A DNA stretch of 64,000 nucleotides from Oopsacas minuta (Eukaryota; Animalia; Porifera), in NCBI GenBank assembly GCA_024704765.1, contig JAKMXF010000166.1:62001-126000 (forward strand), read 5' to 3'. Of this stretch, positions 1 to 11,984 are shown one piece after another. The notes under the pieces were generated by a model. It was given only the letters and a program-made list of their open reading frames with translations, did no database searches and was not told where the DNA came from. A program made the position numbers and the translations under genes. How positions within the stretch are numbered: the first letter of the stretch is position 1; each line of letters opens with the position of its first letter.

Positions 1-10
1 AGATTGGAAC

Positions 11-35
11 GGCATCAATTTTTTAACACCCTGTA
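11..35. mobile_element. Right terminal inverted repeat plus TA of a Tc1/mariner element extending off the window start
   Basis: GGCATCAATTTTTTAACACCCTG|TA closely matches the TIR of the element at 27812-29116 (GACATCAATTTCTTAACACCCTG|TA). Confidence 0.75.
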
Positions 36-521
36 TGATAGTTAGCACAATTTTTAAATACCCCTGATTTGGTATTATATATGTGTAATGAAAATAAAGA
101 ATCTAGACAAAAAATTCATAACAAATAACAAGATAAGGCAAAACCCCCGCTTTTGAATGTATACTGAACCCCAATTTCTCACTTTTAATTATGTAAATTT
201 ATTGTTATTTGGAAATACATGTAGCATGAAGTGAACATATTTCTAATCCACCAAATTTAGACTATCCATGATATTTCAATCTCAAAATTTATGAATGAAT
301 GATCGGTGACAGGTGCAAATATTCATACTTGCAGCGCAAGATAGGAATATAATTCCTACTTAGAATTGGAGTGGAGCAAGAATAACGTTTATGGAGCAAC
401 TAAATCGGCATGCTGGTTCAGAATTTTGCATTTTCAAGTTTCTCATGCCCAATTATGAGATATAGTGGATGAGTTCAGTTTTGTGTGGTAATTATTGTGC
501 ATAATAATAGCAATATATATA

Positions 522-1255
522 TACGAGCCTTTGGCTCGTTGCTTCGCGATGAACTCAGCGCATGGCGCCTCGAGTTATCCAATATTCTCCAAATTGATGG
601 CACCTTTGAGTAATATCATATAGATATATATATAGAACAATGTAATTCACAAATATTCGTATTTGGCATACATAATTTTGAATTATTTTGTAAGATCAAC
701 CGCCTTTGTAGCCGTTGAGTACAAGTAGCTACGTAAAATTTGAGATTTGCTAATTTGTTTACTTTATAGCCATTAAAACTACAATAAATGTACATATGAA
801 CTGACAAAAAACAAACAATGCATTATTCGGACTAAGCATACTCGATTACGTCACTATTGTCTTTGAAAGTTTGATTCTACCTCAATTTTGAATGTGTTTA
901 CTTTATGAATCTAAAAGTAAACAAATATTCACAATATGTTGTTTACAATACCATATTCATACTCAGCATACTCGATTACCCCAGTATAGTTGTTGTTGAA
1001 AGTATGATTCTACCTCAATTTTGAGATTTGTTTACTTTATATTCATAAAAACAACAATAAATTTACATATGATTAATCCAAAAGTGTGAAAATCAGATTC
1101 AGCAAGTTTGATATATTTAGTGAAGTTTTATTAAATTCTATTTAATTCCTTGATAAACACGATAAATACATAGTTGTGCGACAATTTCAATATGTTATAC
1201 CGTGAATCCTTTCCTTGACAACGGGCAAACAACAATTGAGATTTAATAATATAGA
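522..1255 (-). mobile_element. Non-autonomous Helitron-like repeat, copy 1
   Basis: On the minus strand it starts A|TCTATATTATTAAATCTCAATTGTTGTTTG. It has tandem ~130-bp internal modules (CATGCTGA..CCGA..GTAAACAAAT..GAGGTAGAATCATACTTTCAA) and ends in the hairpin CGAGCC-AAA-GGCTCG. Homologous to 5053-5617 and 27076-27648. Confidence 0.6.
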
Positions 1256-1913
1256 TTCCTATTGCCAAGGAAAATTCTTCCAAAATATACGATAAGCAAA
1301 TAGGCGATTTCCCTGTATTCATAATATTATTTATAAATTTGCATAATTTTAAGGCACAAACTTCCGAGCCCTATACGAGCATGTAAAGAAGTGTTCGCAA
1401 GCCATGTAGAAGCGAAGCCCGCTAGCATTTTCTTCTCTTTGTTTGCAAATATTTACATTATCCATACATATTTAGATCATTACAAAAATTTGTTAAAACT
1501 TAACTTGATGGCAACCAGAAAACCCAAAGGTTTTGGCATGAGTGAGAGCAGTGATTCGGAGCAAGAGTTAATGACTATTCGAATTTTATACTTTTCTCAA
1601 AATTCGTTAGAAACAAGAGAAAAAAGAACAACAAATCAAAACTCGTATAATAATAATAACCAAATTCTTGACGCACATAAAAATTAAATAATGTACAAAA
1701 CACAGGTCTGAATTACGAAACCTATATAAATTATCAAAGCAAAAACTCGATAATTTGCTGATATAGATCATTATAAGCAAATCGAATAATATATCTATTT
1801 TATTACATCTTAGCTTGAATATATTCGAAATCTACGCATTCAGGCCTATCCGGTCTTAGATAATACCCTGCACCTTGGATGAGACCACTGGATGGTCGAA
1901 ACCTTGCTATGTT

Positions 1914-4900
1914 CAGGCCTGGGGCTGATTATGATTACAATCGTAATCAATTGTAATCAATTACAACTTTTCCTGTAATCATAATCATAATCACTCATCA
2001 GTAATCATCCCAGGTTTGCAGTTTGGCACTGAGTTGTAGAAGGTCCATCGGTTGCGATTTCCCTTACCCCATCCTACAAAGAGCTTTCTAGTGGTATATA
2101 CCGTATATAAATTTATTTTATTATTATCATTATTATTAATTATTATCATAAATCATTTAGGTGAAGACTGAAGAGATATATTTCAATTCATAATATCCTT
2201 AAGTTTATTCATATAAAACCATACCTCAAACTTTATTTATTTATTTTTCTCAAAGTAGCCTATTTAATTTTAGCAATATTTCTTATCGATAATGGCCTCA
2301 CCATCACCTGTTTTCTCCCATTTTCATGCTCTTTCAGAAACATCAGCTTCTGAAACACACAAAGCGAGATGTAAGTATTGTGGATTTGATGTATCCATTA
2401 AGGGAAAAAGTACTTCCAACCTGATTACACATTTGAAGGTATATTTCTTTTTCTACAGTTCGTTTTTTTGTGTTTCTTGTTACAATTGCTGTTTTCTGAT
2501 TTACATTACTGACAACTCATGTTATATCGAGTTCGGATATATGAAATACCCGGTTATATCGAAATGGATCGGGCGGACTATTGTGATAATGAATGCAAAT
2601 GACTTCGCTTATTCCAAGTGAAATCGATTCCTATATGTTACGAAATAACAAGAGTTGAAATAATGTCCAAGTTTTTATAGACCCGTTTTGACCCTTTTGT
2701 TAACCCTATCTTTTGTAAATCTACCCGTGGTAGTATGTACCAAATGACTTTGGCTTGTAAGGCCATTCGTTGGTTTTTCCCTAGTTTTAGAATACTAGAT
2801 TCTTTGAATATTGAAGTTTCATTTTGTCTCGGACCACACTATAGTTGACCATAACTGGTCCCCCTGGACTAGTTATGGCGTGACAGTACATTTTGGAATA
2901 TTGTGGGACAAATATATAATATATAGTCTAGTACTAATTATACATTCCCGATTTATCAATTATATTGTATTTAGAGAAAACATCCAGATGTCTATCAATC
3001 TTTATACAGTGCTACCCCAAAGTCTGATTCTACGCAAGAAATATCATATTTTTTCGAAGATACAACAGTTAAAAAATGGCGTTCCACTGATCGAGGGAAG
3101 CAAGAAGAGATTACGAATGCAATTGTTAGCTTTGTAGCTGATGATCTACAGGCTCTCTCTGTGGTTGAAAGTAAAGCTTTCCGAAATGTGCTCCAGAAAG
3201 CTGAGCCACGATATAGTATGCCCTCTAGGAAACATCTAAGCACCAAATTAATACCTCAACGCTACCAAAATATTTATGCAGATATTGTGAAATTGTTGAG
3301 CGTTTCGTCACAGGTTTGTTTGACAATTGATATATGGTTGAACAGACAAATGCGATCATATCTTGGAGTAACCTGTCACTTTATTGTTGATTTCAAGCTA
3401 CAATGTGCCATGTTGTCATGTCATCGCTTTCGCGGATCACACACTGGGGAACGTATTATTCAACTTTTTGAGGAGATTGTGACATCATTTAATATCAGTG
3501 GCAAAGTCGACAGAGTTATCACTGATAACGCCAGTAACATGAAGAAAGCGTTCCGTCTTCTCGAGATTAGTTGTTTTGAAGATGATACCGCAGGAGAAGA
3601 AGATGACCATAGCAACATTGATGATCTCGAGATTATAGAAACTGAAGGATTATTAAATCAATTGGAATTCCATCAAATAGTCCCAAGGCATCATGCTTGC
3701 TTTGATCACACGCTACAACTCGTTATAAAGGATGCCCTGAAAAATCCTGGGCATATTCAGAGAGTACTAGGGAAGATTTCAAAACTCATCTCTCATGTTC
3801 GTCATTCATCACAAGCTTGTGAACTCTTCGAAAACGATCATAAATTACAGATCGCCAACGTAACACGGTGGAATTCGCAATTAACAATGATCAAATCATT
3901 ACTTGATACTTCTGATGAAAATATGAAGAAGCTGGAATATAGTGTCAATTTTCCAGTTAGTGAGACAAATACTACGAAGGATTTGCTGGAAGTCTTAACT
4001 CCATTCCAATGGGCGACAGATTTAACACAGGGAGGAAAAAAAGTAACTGCCAGTGTTGTTCTTCCTATAGTTCGAGGACTTCGAACAGAACTTGCCAAAT
4101 TGGAGAAAAAATTCCTATCCAGTTTTGTAGCAACCTTGAAATCATCACTGGACTCGCGCCTCTCTCAATACGAGGAAGATCTGACATTTCAATTGGCTGC
4201 TGCTCTTGATCCAAGGTGGAAACTGGCATGGTGCACACCAGAGGAGTCAGCGAATTTACGCAAGATCATTTTTCGAAAGGTGAACGAAATTGCAGTTGAT
4301 TCAACAGTATGTGTTATAACGTTGCCTGAACAGTCACCGCCCCCTAAAAGATCAGCTCTTTTCAACTTCATAGAAGTTTCTCCCATATATGGCACGGAAT
4401 TGGGTACCAATACTATTGATAAAATCGAAGAGTATTTGAACAGTCCCTGTTTGTCAGAGTTTACTGAACCTCTTATCTTCTGGAAAAATAATCAGTACAA
4501 GTACGAAGGACTCAGTAAACTTGCATGCAAATATCTTCAAATACCTGCCTCAAGTGCTCCCGTGGAGCGTATCTTTTCAATAGCTGGGAGGATTTTCGTC
4601 CGGACAGATGTCGTTTATCTGACGACTTATTCGAAAAGTTAATGTTTATAAGATGTAACTCTAATTCTTCATGAATCATTTGTGAATTATGCAATTTTTT
4701 CTTATTTATTCAAATTCTACTAGTTTGATATATACGTATATTTTTATCTCAGAATAAGCGCCTCGCCTTTTTGTGCACATGAAACTCCGGGGCTTATTTG
4801 GGAAAGACTAATTGGATCGTAAAGGAAAGCGAATTTGTAATCACGTAATCATAATCATGTAATCATAATCGATTGTAATCAATTGCAATTCCTCCTGTAA

Positions 4901-4947
4901 TCATAATCATAGTCATAATCACTCACCAGTAATCAACCCCAGGCCTG
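1914..4947 (+). mobile_element. hAT DNA transposon with BED-finger transposase, 3034 bp
   Basis: 18-bp TIRs CAGGCCTGGGG(C/T)TGATTA; perfect 8-bp TSD GCTATGTT at 1906-1913 and 4948-4955; subterminal TGTAATCATAATC repeats at both ends. Confidence 0.96.
2292..4642 (+). CDS. hAT transposase, join(2292..2438,2975..4642); BED zinc finger, DDE core and hATC domain
   Basis: Exon 1 has a BED finger (ARCKYC...TSNLITHLK), followed by a GT..AG phase-0 intron (2439-2974). Exon 2 starts RKHP and is in frame with ORF 3161-4642 (LTIDIW, ITDNASNM, ACFDH, TRWNS, PASSAPVERIFS). One missing T at ~4594 diverts the canonical tail RPDRCRLSDDLFEKLMFIRCN (stop at 4672-4674). Confidence 0.9.
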
Positions 4948-5052
4948 GCTATGTTATGTCCTCTCACGACTTGAGATCATTATACAGGTCCTGTTTCGCG
5001 TCGTTACTACTGTGTAAGGGTCAGGTATTACTGCAAACAGGTACAAACTATA

Positions 5053-5617
5053 TCTCTACTTTTTAATCACAATTGTTGTCTGTCTGTCTCTTTGTCCGTT
5101 GTCAAGGAAGGATTTACAGTATAAAATTTTGAAATTGTCGCTTAACTATGTATTTATCGTGTTTATCAAGGAAGTAAATAGAATTCAATAAAACTTCAAT
5201 AAGTATATCGAACATGCTGAATCCGATTTTCACACTTTTGGATTAATCATATGTAAATTTATAGTTGTATTTATGAATATAGGGTAAACAAATTTCAAAA
5301 TTAAGGTAGAATCAACTTTCAACGATTGTACTGAGGTAATCGAATATGCTGAGTCCGAATATGGTATTGTAAACAAAATATTGTGAATATTTGTTCATTT
5401 TAGGTACATAAAATAAACAAATTTCAATATTGTTGTAGAATCATACTTTCAACGACTATACTAGCATACTCGAGTATGCTGAGTCTGAATATTGTAAATA
5501 ACATTAATATCATTAAATATCAATTGTTGTCTGTCTGTCTGTTTGTTTGTTTGTTCGTTGAATACCTCGAGGCGCAATGCGCCGAGTTCATCGCGAAGCG
5601 ACGAGCCAAATGCTCGG
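5053..5617 (+). mobile_element. Non-autonomous Helitron-like repeat, copy 2
   Basis: A|TC start, (GTCT/GTTT)n microsatellite, the same internal modules as copy 1, and a terminal hairpin CGAGC..GCTCG. Confidence 0.6.
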
Positions 5618-6039
5618 AATGTTTAAATATTATTGGAGTTTATTTAGATACTTGTAAATCGAGCATTCTGTATATAAACACTAGTCTTGCCGCCTTCTCG
5701 TTTCCAAGTCTATTCCTTTTATTAGAATGTATATATCCAAATGTTGAAAATATCCATATAGGGTCCTGTTTCCTTCCTACCATGAATCGAAAAACATAAA
5801 ATTAACAATTCTGTAGTACTGTTGTTGTTGTTTTATGCATATACGATGTGTCTCTCTTCATATTTGCAATATAATTAGTCAAGTTTGGAATTCAATTCTA
5901 TGATTTCTGGTTAAAGGGTTAAGAGTAGACATCAATTGAATAATTAAATTTTGGCATATTGAACGTCATTGGTGAAGTTTGTTGACTGTAAATACGATAA
6001 TAATAGATGAATATTTTATATTATTTAAATCACTTGATT

Positions 6040-7260
6040 ACTATCAAACAACACTGCTTTACCCATGTGAGAACTGTAGACACTCATTTCTTCAAAGTTT
6101 AGGTGCATTTTGTTGTCTATCATAAATTTGTACCAATAATATGGTCGTGAATTACTTTTCGACAACTAAAAACTGATGTTCTGTTATAGAAATCTAATAG
6201 ATACAATCAATTGTAATTTCCCAAGTGTAGGGAGTATGTCGCCATCAGCAGTAATCAATTTAGTAATACAAGCTGATGGGATCATATGGATACTCTCAGC
6301 CAAAGATGAAGTTTTAAGACTACAGATGAACCTGAGTACAACATTGAGGCTAAGCTACATCCATTGAAGATACCCCGAACGAAAGCTGCTTCAGTGAAAT
6401 TAGTACTCTGTTAAGTAGAAACTACATTCTTTGTCTGTAATGAAAATAAGTCGAATCGGAATGAAATAGACCTAAGCGTTGGCTTAACACTTCGGCCCGT
6501 TGGAGTTTAAAGTGAGAACATCCTTGACAAAGTGGAAATCACTCCCACAAGCATAGCATTTTCGTCTAGAGAAATATTTTTATCATCTCTACTTGTTTTT
6601 CTACCCCTATCATACCCGGTATCCTAGTCGTATGACCTCTCTTTCTGCAATTAAAGCATGTAATTAGTCCATGAGGTCTTCCTTTTTGTCGTGATATGGC
6701 TGCTGTAAAATCCGTAGTTGTGTCTATGACAAGAATAGCTAGTTTATGTGAATAAATCTGATATAGATTGCTCCATATTTTCCATTCTTTGTTCAGTAGG
6801 ACAATCCTTAGACGATTCGTTCAAATATTCGTTAGATCGATTCTTTAAATAAACTCCACATGTGTTAACAGAGTTTTGAGTGCTTCGTAGGCGATTAATA
6901 GTTTAGCTTTCTTGAGAGCATCAGAAATAGAAATGACCGAAGTGCTTAGTTGGACAGCTCTTCGGTCATTTCTATTTCTTATGCTCTAAAGCGAGAAATA
7001 CTTTGTGGCAGTCCAGTAACAAACTGCGAAACGATAGCTGCTCTCTATAGTCTACAGTTAAATCAGGTATTGCCCGATTTAACACTTTGCTCAACTCATA
7101 AAGGTATAAATGTGCTGATTCCTTTGGAAAATATTACTTTCGTGGAAAGCGTCCATTGCTATATACTTTTCTTCTTCTGGAATCAAACGCCTTGAGGGTC
7201 TCTTAATGTTTTTATCAGTGGAATAGTATATTGATCCGAATTGCTACCTGGGATCATAGA
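6040..7260 (-). pseudogene. Decayed Ty3/Gypsy LTR-retrotransposon gag-protease remnant
   Basis: Manual minus-strand translation across stops and frameshifts gives gag-like LYLYELSKVLNRAIPDL..QFVTGLP, two zinc-knuckle remnants (ITCFNCRKRGH; RKCYACGSDFHFVKD) and an aspartic-protease site decayed to MLYSGSS (from LDSGS). No LTR or RT was found. Confidence 0.7.
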
Positions 7261-7493
7261 AGCAGGGCCATGAGTTACATAGTGTGCTTTTTGTGTTACA
7301 TTTTTGTAATCAAAATTTCGCAATATTTATCCAGCATTATGATAAAAATAATGTTGTTGATTTGGCATTATTTGTATTTCATTTTTCATATCTTTTTGGT
7401 TTATCGATGATTGCTAATTGGAGAGGATAGTTATATATAATTTCATTGTTCATAGTATAAATTTACTATTATATTGTAACCTATAGTGACTGA

Positions 7494-10377
7494 CAGGACC
7501 GTAGTAACCATGGAGCACTAGAGGCTGGTGCCCCAGGGCCCATCAATAACTCTCGGATCACTGAATAATGTACGGCCCCCACACAATAGTTTATGAGTAT
7601 GATAATCTGTTTAATTTATATTAAATTAAATTTTGCGTATAGTACGATATCGTTATCAAGAAATTTCCTTAGAACAACATTTTATCCATAAATCCTTATC
7701 TATTATCTCTAATCCATAAACCTTTTATATTATTATTTTTGAACTTGTATGATTTATTTTACAGCAAATTTAATGGCCGAAAGATGCTACAAAGTGGAGC
7801 TTTCACGACGGAAAAAGGATGAATTAGAAAAAGCATTATCTCAGGCATAAAAGAGATTATAATCTAAGGTTAGAAAACTTTCTCGTAACTACTTGGTACT
7901 GAAGAGAATGTTCCTCCTATTCTATGTGCTCCCGACCACGATATTAATAGCAGCTTATCAATAACACAACAAGAATATTCTAGTCAATCTAGTGGTGAAT
8001 TCGAAATTGAGCATGATGATACAATTGCTAATTTTTCAAGTACAAATGAAAAAACTACATTTAGTGATGATCCTTCTACTTGGTCCCATGTTACTGAAGC
8101 AATGCAGTCATACTGGGCAAAAAGTAGGGATATTTGCCAACCCATTGACGATGACTTTATGGCTTCACTACATAAGTATGCCAATGAAGATTTCTATAGA
8201 CACTGTACGAAAAACATGTCCTACCGTAGACATTAAATGAGTGGGGAGCTGGTACTCCGTAAATGGTTGATATGCTCGCCTTCATGCGGTAACCTCTTTT
8301 GTTTACTTGTAAACTGTTTATTCAGATATAAACCATTGCTCCTTTGCTAACGAAGGTTTTAGAGATTGAAAGCATGCTGATAGGGCATTAACTATGCATG
8401 AGAACAGTGAGATGCATAGGCAGTCTTTGTTAAAATATCTGCAACTTAAGAATGTTGAAGGTAGAATCGATACAAATGCAGTTAAACTATTTAAGGATGA
8501 GTTAAATTACTGGCACGAAGTTTTAAATCGAATTCTAGATGTAATCCGATTCTTATCAGTACGTGGATTGGCGTTTCGTGGGGATAATGAACATTTTGGT
8601 TCTCATCAAAATGGTAATTACTTAGGGATACTGGAGTTAATTGCCGAACATGACTCATTTCTTGACCTTCATATCAAAATATTTGGAAATAAAGGGCGAG
8701 GTAATACTTCATATCTGTCTTCAACTATTTGTGAAGTATTCAATTTGCTGATGGGACAAGTAGTTTTGAATAATATTATCTCGGAATTAAAAAGTGCCAA
8801 GTTTTTTTCTATTTCTGTAGGCTCAACCCCTGATATTTCTAATGAAGATCAACTCACACTAATTATTAGATATGTAAACTCGAATGGTCCAATTGAGCGT
8901 TTCTTGAAATTTTTTGATATAGAGACACACACTGGTATCGGGATTGCACATATTATTCTTGAATTTCTCAAGAAAATTGAAGTCAAAATTGAAGATTGTC
9001 GTGGACAGTCTTATGATAATGCTTCAAATATGTCCGGTAAGTATAAAGGTATGCAAGCTATTATCAAGGAAAAAGAGCAAAAACGCAATTTATGTTCACT
9101 GTTGTGCTCATTCATTAAATCTTGTTGATCTATGTGCAGTTGATTGTTGTATACCTGCAACCTAATTTTTGGATTTGTTCAAAGGTTGTAGGTATTTTTC
9201 TCAAGTTCTACAAAGCGCTGGAAAGTTCTATCCGATTTATTAGCAGAAGGTAATGAAAGAGGACTAACTGTTAAATCACTTTCAGAAACCGGATGGTCTG
9301 CGAGGTATAATGCTATCACGGCATTAATGTCGGGTTATGATAAAATCTACGAAGCACTGGTTACGCAAGCAAGTGATGATTCTCAGAAACCTGAAACAAA
9401 AGTAGAGGCACAAGGCTTGACTAAATCGATTCAAACCCTTGAAACATCACTTTTGACAGTAATTTGGCAAACCATTCTAGAACGTTTTCATAAAGCCACA
9501 ATTATACTACAAGGTACAACCATGGATTTAAACAGCGTAACCGCATTACTCTAAGGATTAGTTGTGTTTATACAATCTTTGAGAACACAATACATATTTG
9601 AACAGGGAGCAAAGAGTAACAGTGCATGTGTCGATTATTACAAGAGTAGTAGAATAAGACTTGGAAATCCGAAATATGATATTTGTTCAGAGGATACATC
9701 TATTTCTTCACGGAGTAAATTCTTGAATAGCACATTCTTTGTTGTAATAGATAAATTGGAAACTGAATTAATGTTTCGATTGAAGGCTTATCAAGATGCG
9801 AGCAATCGGTTAGGTTTCCTTAAAAACTTTTCTTCGACTTCTTTAGATGAGATCCGATATTCAACCCATCAATTAGTAACTTACTATCCTAATGAATTAG
9901 AAGATTCTGTAGTTGAAGAATTTTGTCACTTTGTATCCTTCCTTGAATCAAGAAATGGAAACTCTATGGTCAACTCTGATCATAAAGTGAGTATTGAATG
10001 TCAGATGTTCACCTTTATATTACTCTTCAGTTATATCTCTGCATGGTGATATCAAATAGTAGTGGAAAACGCTCATTTTCAAAATTATCATTAATCAAAA
10101 ACAGAATGAGATCTTCTATGCTCCAAGATCGATTAAGTGTGCTCACTTTAATGAGTATTGAGCATGAATTATTAGATAAAAATATTTTAGTGATGTGTAT
10201 TAGAGACTTTGCAGACAAAGTTCGAGGAAAAGTATTGTAATAGAATTTAGTACTACATATATTTATTAGGCACAGTAGACATTTATTAGAATGATAAGTA
10301 TATTGTAATAATATATAAAATGGGGCCCCTGATTCATTAGCGCTCCAGGGCCACCATGGGGTTAACCCGATCCGCTG
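7494..10377 (+). mobile_element. Decayed hAT element with ZMYM1-like (TTF/DUF4371/hATC) transposase
   Basis: hAT-type GC-rich ends (CAGGACCGTAGTAACC.. and ..GTTAACCCGATCCGCTG). The TSD is not clean. Transposase fragments lie inside. Confidence 0.8.
7773..10240 (+). pseudogene. ZMYM1-like hAT transposase pseudogene
   Basis: Fragments: RKWLICSP..CKLF (TTF finger); GLAFRG..GNYLGIL..STPDISNEDQL..RFLKF..CRGQSYDNASNMSG (8394-9128); VHCCAHSLNL; and C-terminal SSGKRSFSKLSLIKNRMRSSM. Several frameshifts and stops. Confidence 0.9.
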
Positions 10378-11984
10378 ACTGACTATAATTTAGTCTCATA
10401 TTGAAGTAGTACATTATCTTAAGATCGTTCCGAATTGTATGAATCTCATTTTCTAATTAATACAGATTTGTGAATTCTTCAAGTACAATACAATGTATGG
10501 CTTTGCTTCTTGTTCAATTGGAGAAATTGAAGGCTCAGCTCGTCATTTCACAGTACAAACCACGGTTGGCGTAGGAACGGATTTCAATGGCCAATTCCAA
10601 TTTCTGGGGTCAAAACTTGGTGCCCACAGGAATCGCCTGTGTCGTAAATGTTGTCTAACGAATTCAATTACTTTGAGATCAACTTTTTATGGCCATATTC
10701 GTCCTTAGCATCAAGTTTCCAGCTGTTTGATATACATATTGACAATATTTGGAGGGACTCTTTCTCTAGCAACGCAAAATTTCTTCAGGAATATAATAAC
10801 ATTCCAATCTCATATTTGGTCCAAAATCCATCGTTTGATCCCTTTTTCGACTGAGTCTAGTTAAGTTAAGTATTTATCGACCTTCCAAATGATCTTTTTG
10901 CATAAATATTTATACAAGATATCGAGATCTACTCTATTCGGTAAATGAATCAAATTTATAGCTAGTATTCACATCCAAACAGATGACAACATCGTGTATT
11001 TATGTCAAACATGTAATAGATATCTAGAAATTTTGGAATCGCGGAGTTCGACCCTGCTGAATCGTGTTACAAGATCATTTGGAAGGTCGATATGGACTTA
11101 ATTAGACTCAACTAGCCTAGCGGCGTCTAATAAGGGGTCACTCGATGAGTTTAGAAAAAAATATGAAATTGGAATGTTGTCATAATCCTGAGGAATTTTT
11201 AGGTTGGTAGGGAAATCCCTAAAATATGGTCAATACGTATATCAATCGGCTGCAAACTGATGCTGAGCACGAATATGACCATAGAATGTTGATCTGAAAG
11301 CAATTGAATTCGCTAACCATAATATAAAACACGGGTGATTCCTATTGGACACAAAGTTTTGACCATTGAAATTTTACTTCTGGGTGTCCGATTTTGGCAA
11401 ACTTTGAGTATATTATTCTCTAGATTGGATACCACCCAAAACGAAATATGACTATTTATTGGAATTATTCTGGGGCTGGGGCAATTCAAGTATGCTAAAT
11501 ACAAATTTTGCATTTTCAAGTTTCTCATTTGTAAATTATCGTACTTTTATGAATCTCAAGTTCCAAGACTAAGACAAAGACAACTTACAAACAAATTTGT
11601 AAATATTCTTAGAATGTTGGTTTTCAAGCCAGGCAGCGGGAGCAAGGAAGCGGCTCGTATATATAAATTAAATTATAGATTAGAGTACATACGAACCGGT
11701 TTTTACTTTATACATTTTGTTCTGCAGATAGGAACGAATGCAGGATTTCCATATGTTTTCATAGGTTGATTTTCTATTGGTTTTTCTACCTATATTTTCT
11801 TATTGAGAATTAGCTAGAAAAAATGATTTCGACTCTATTTCATGTTTGGTATAAAACAGAGTATTCCCTATTGCATTGTAATTGTGTCTCGTCTCTTTTA
11901 TACCTAATTGTGACTTAGTATTACTAAGGACTAGGTCTCTCCTTCACTCACGATTTCGTAATATACAAAAAACTTTATTTTAAC

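Noticed and set aside
1391-1687. 98-aa ORF as a host gene
   Set aside because: It starts within a repeat end, is low complexity and has no motif beyond a weak GIY-YIG-like remnant.
1921-2010. TAATCA tandem repeats as a telomere-like array
   Set aside because: They are subterminal repeats of the hAT element and are present at both of its ends.
10493-11528. Several 68-71-aa ORFs
   Set aside because: They fall in inverted copies of a dispersed non-coding repeat (10580-10710 versus 11260-11390).
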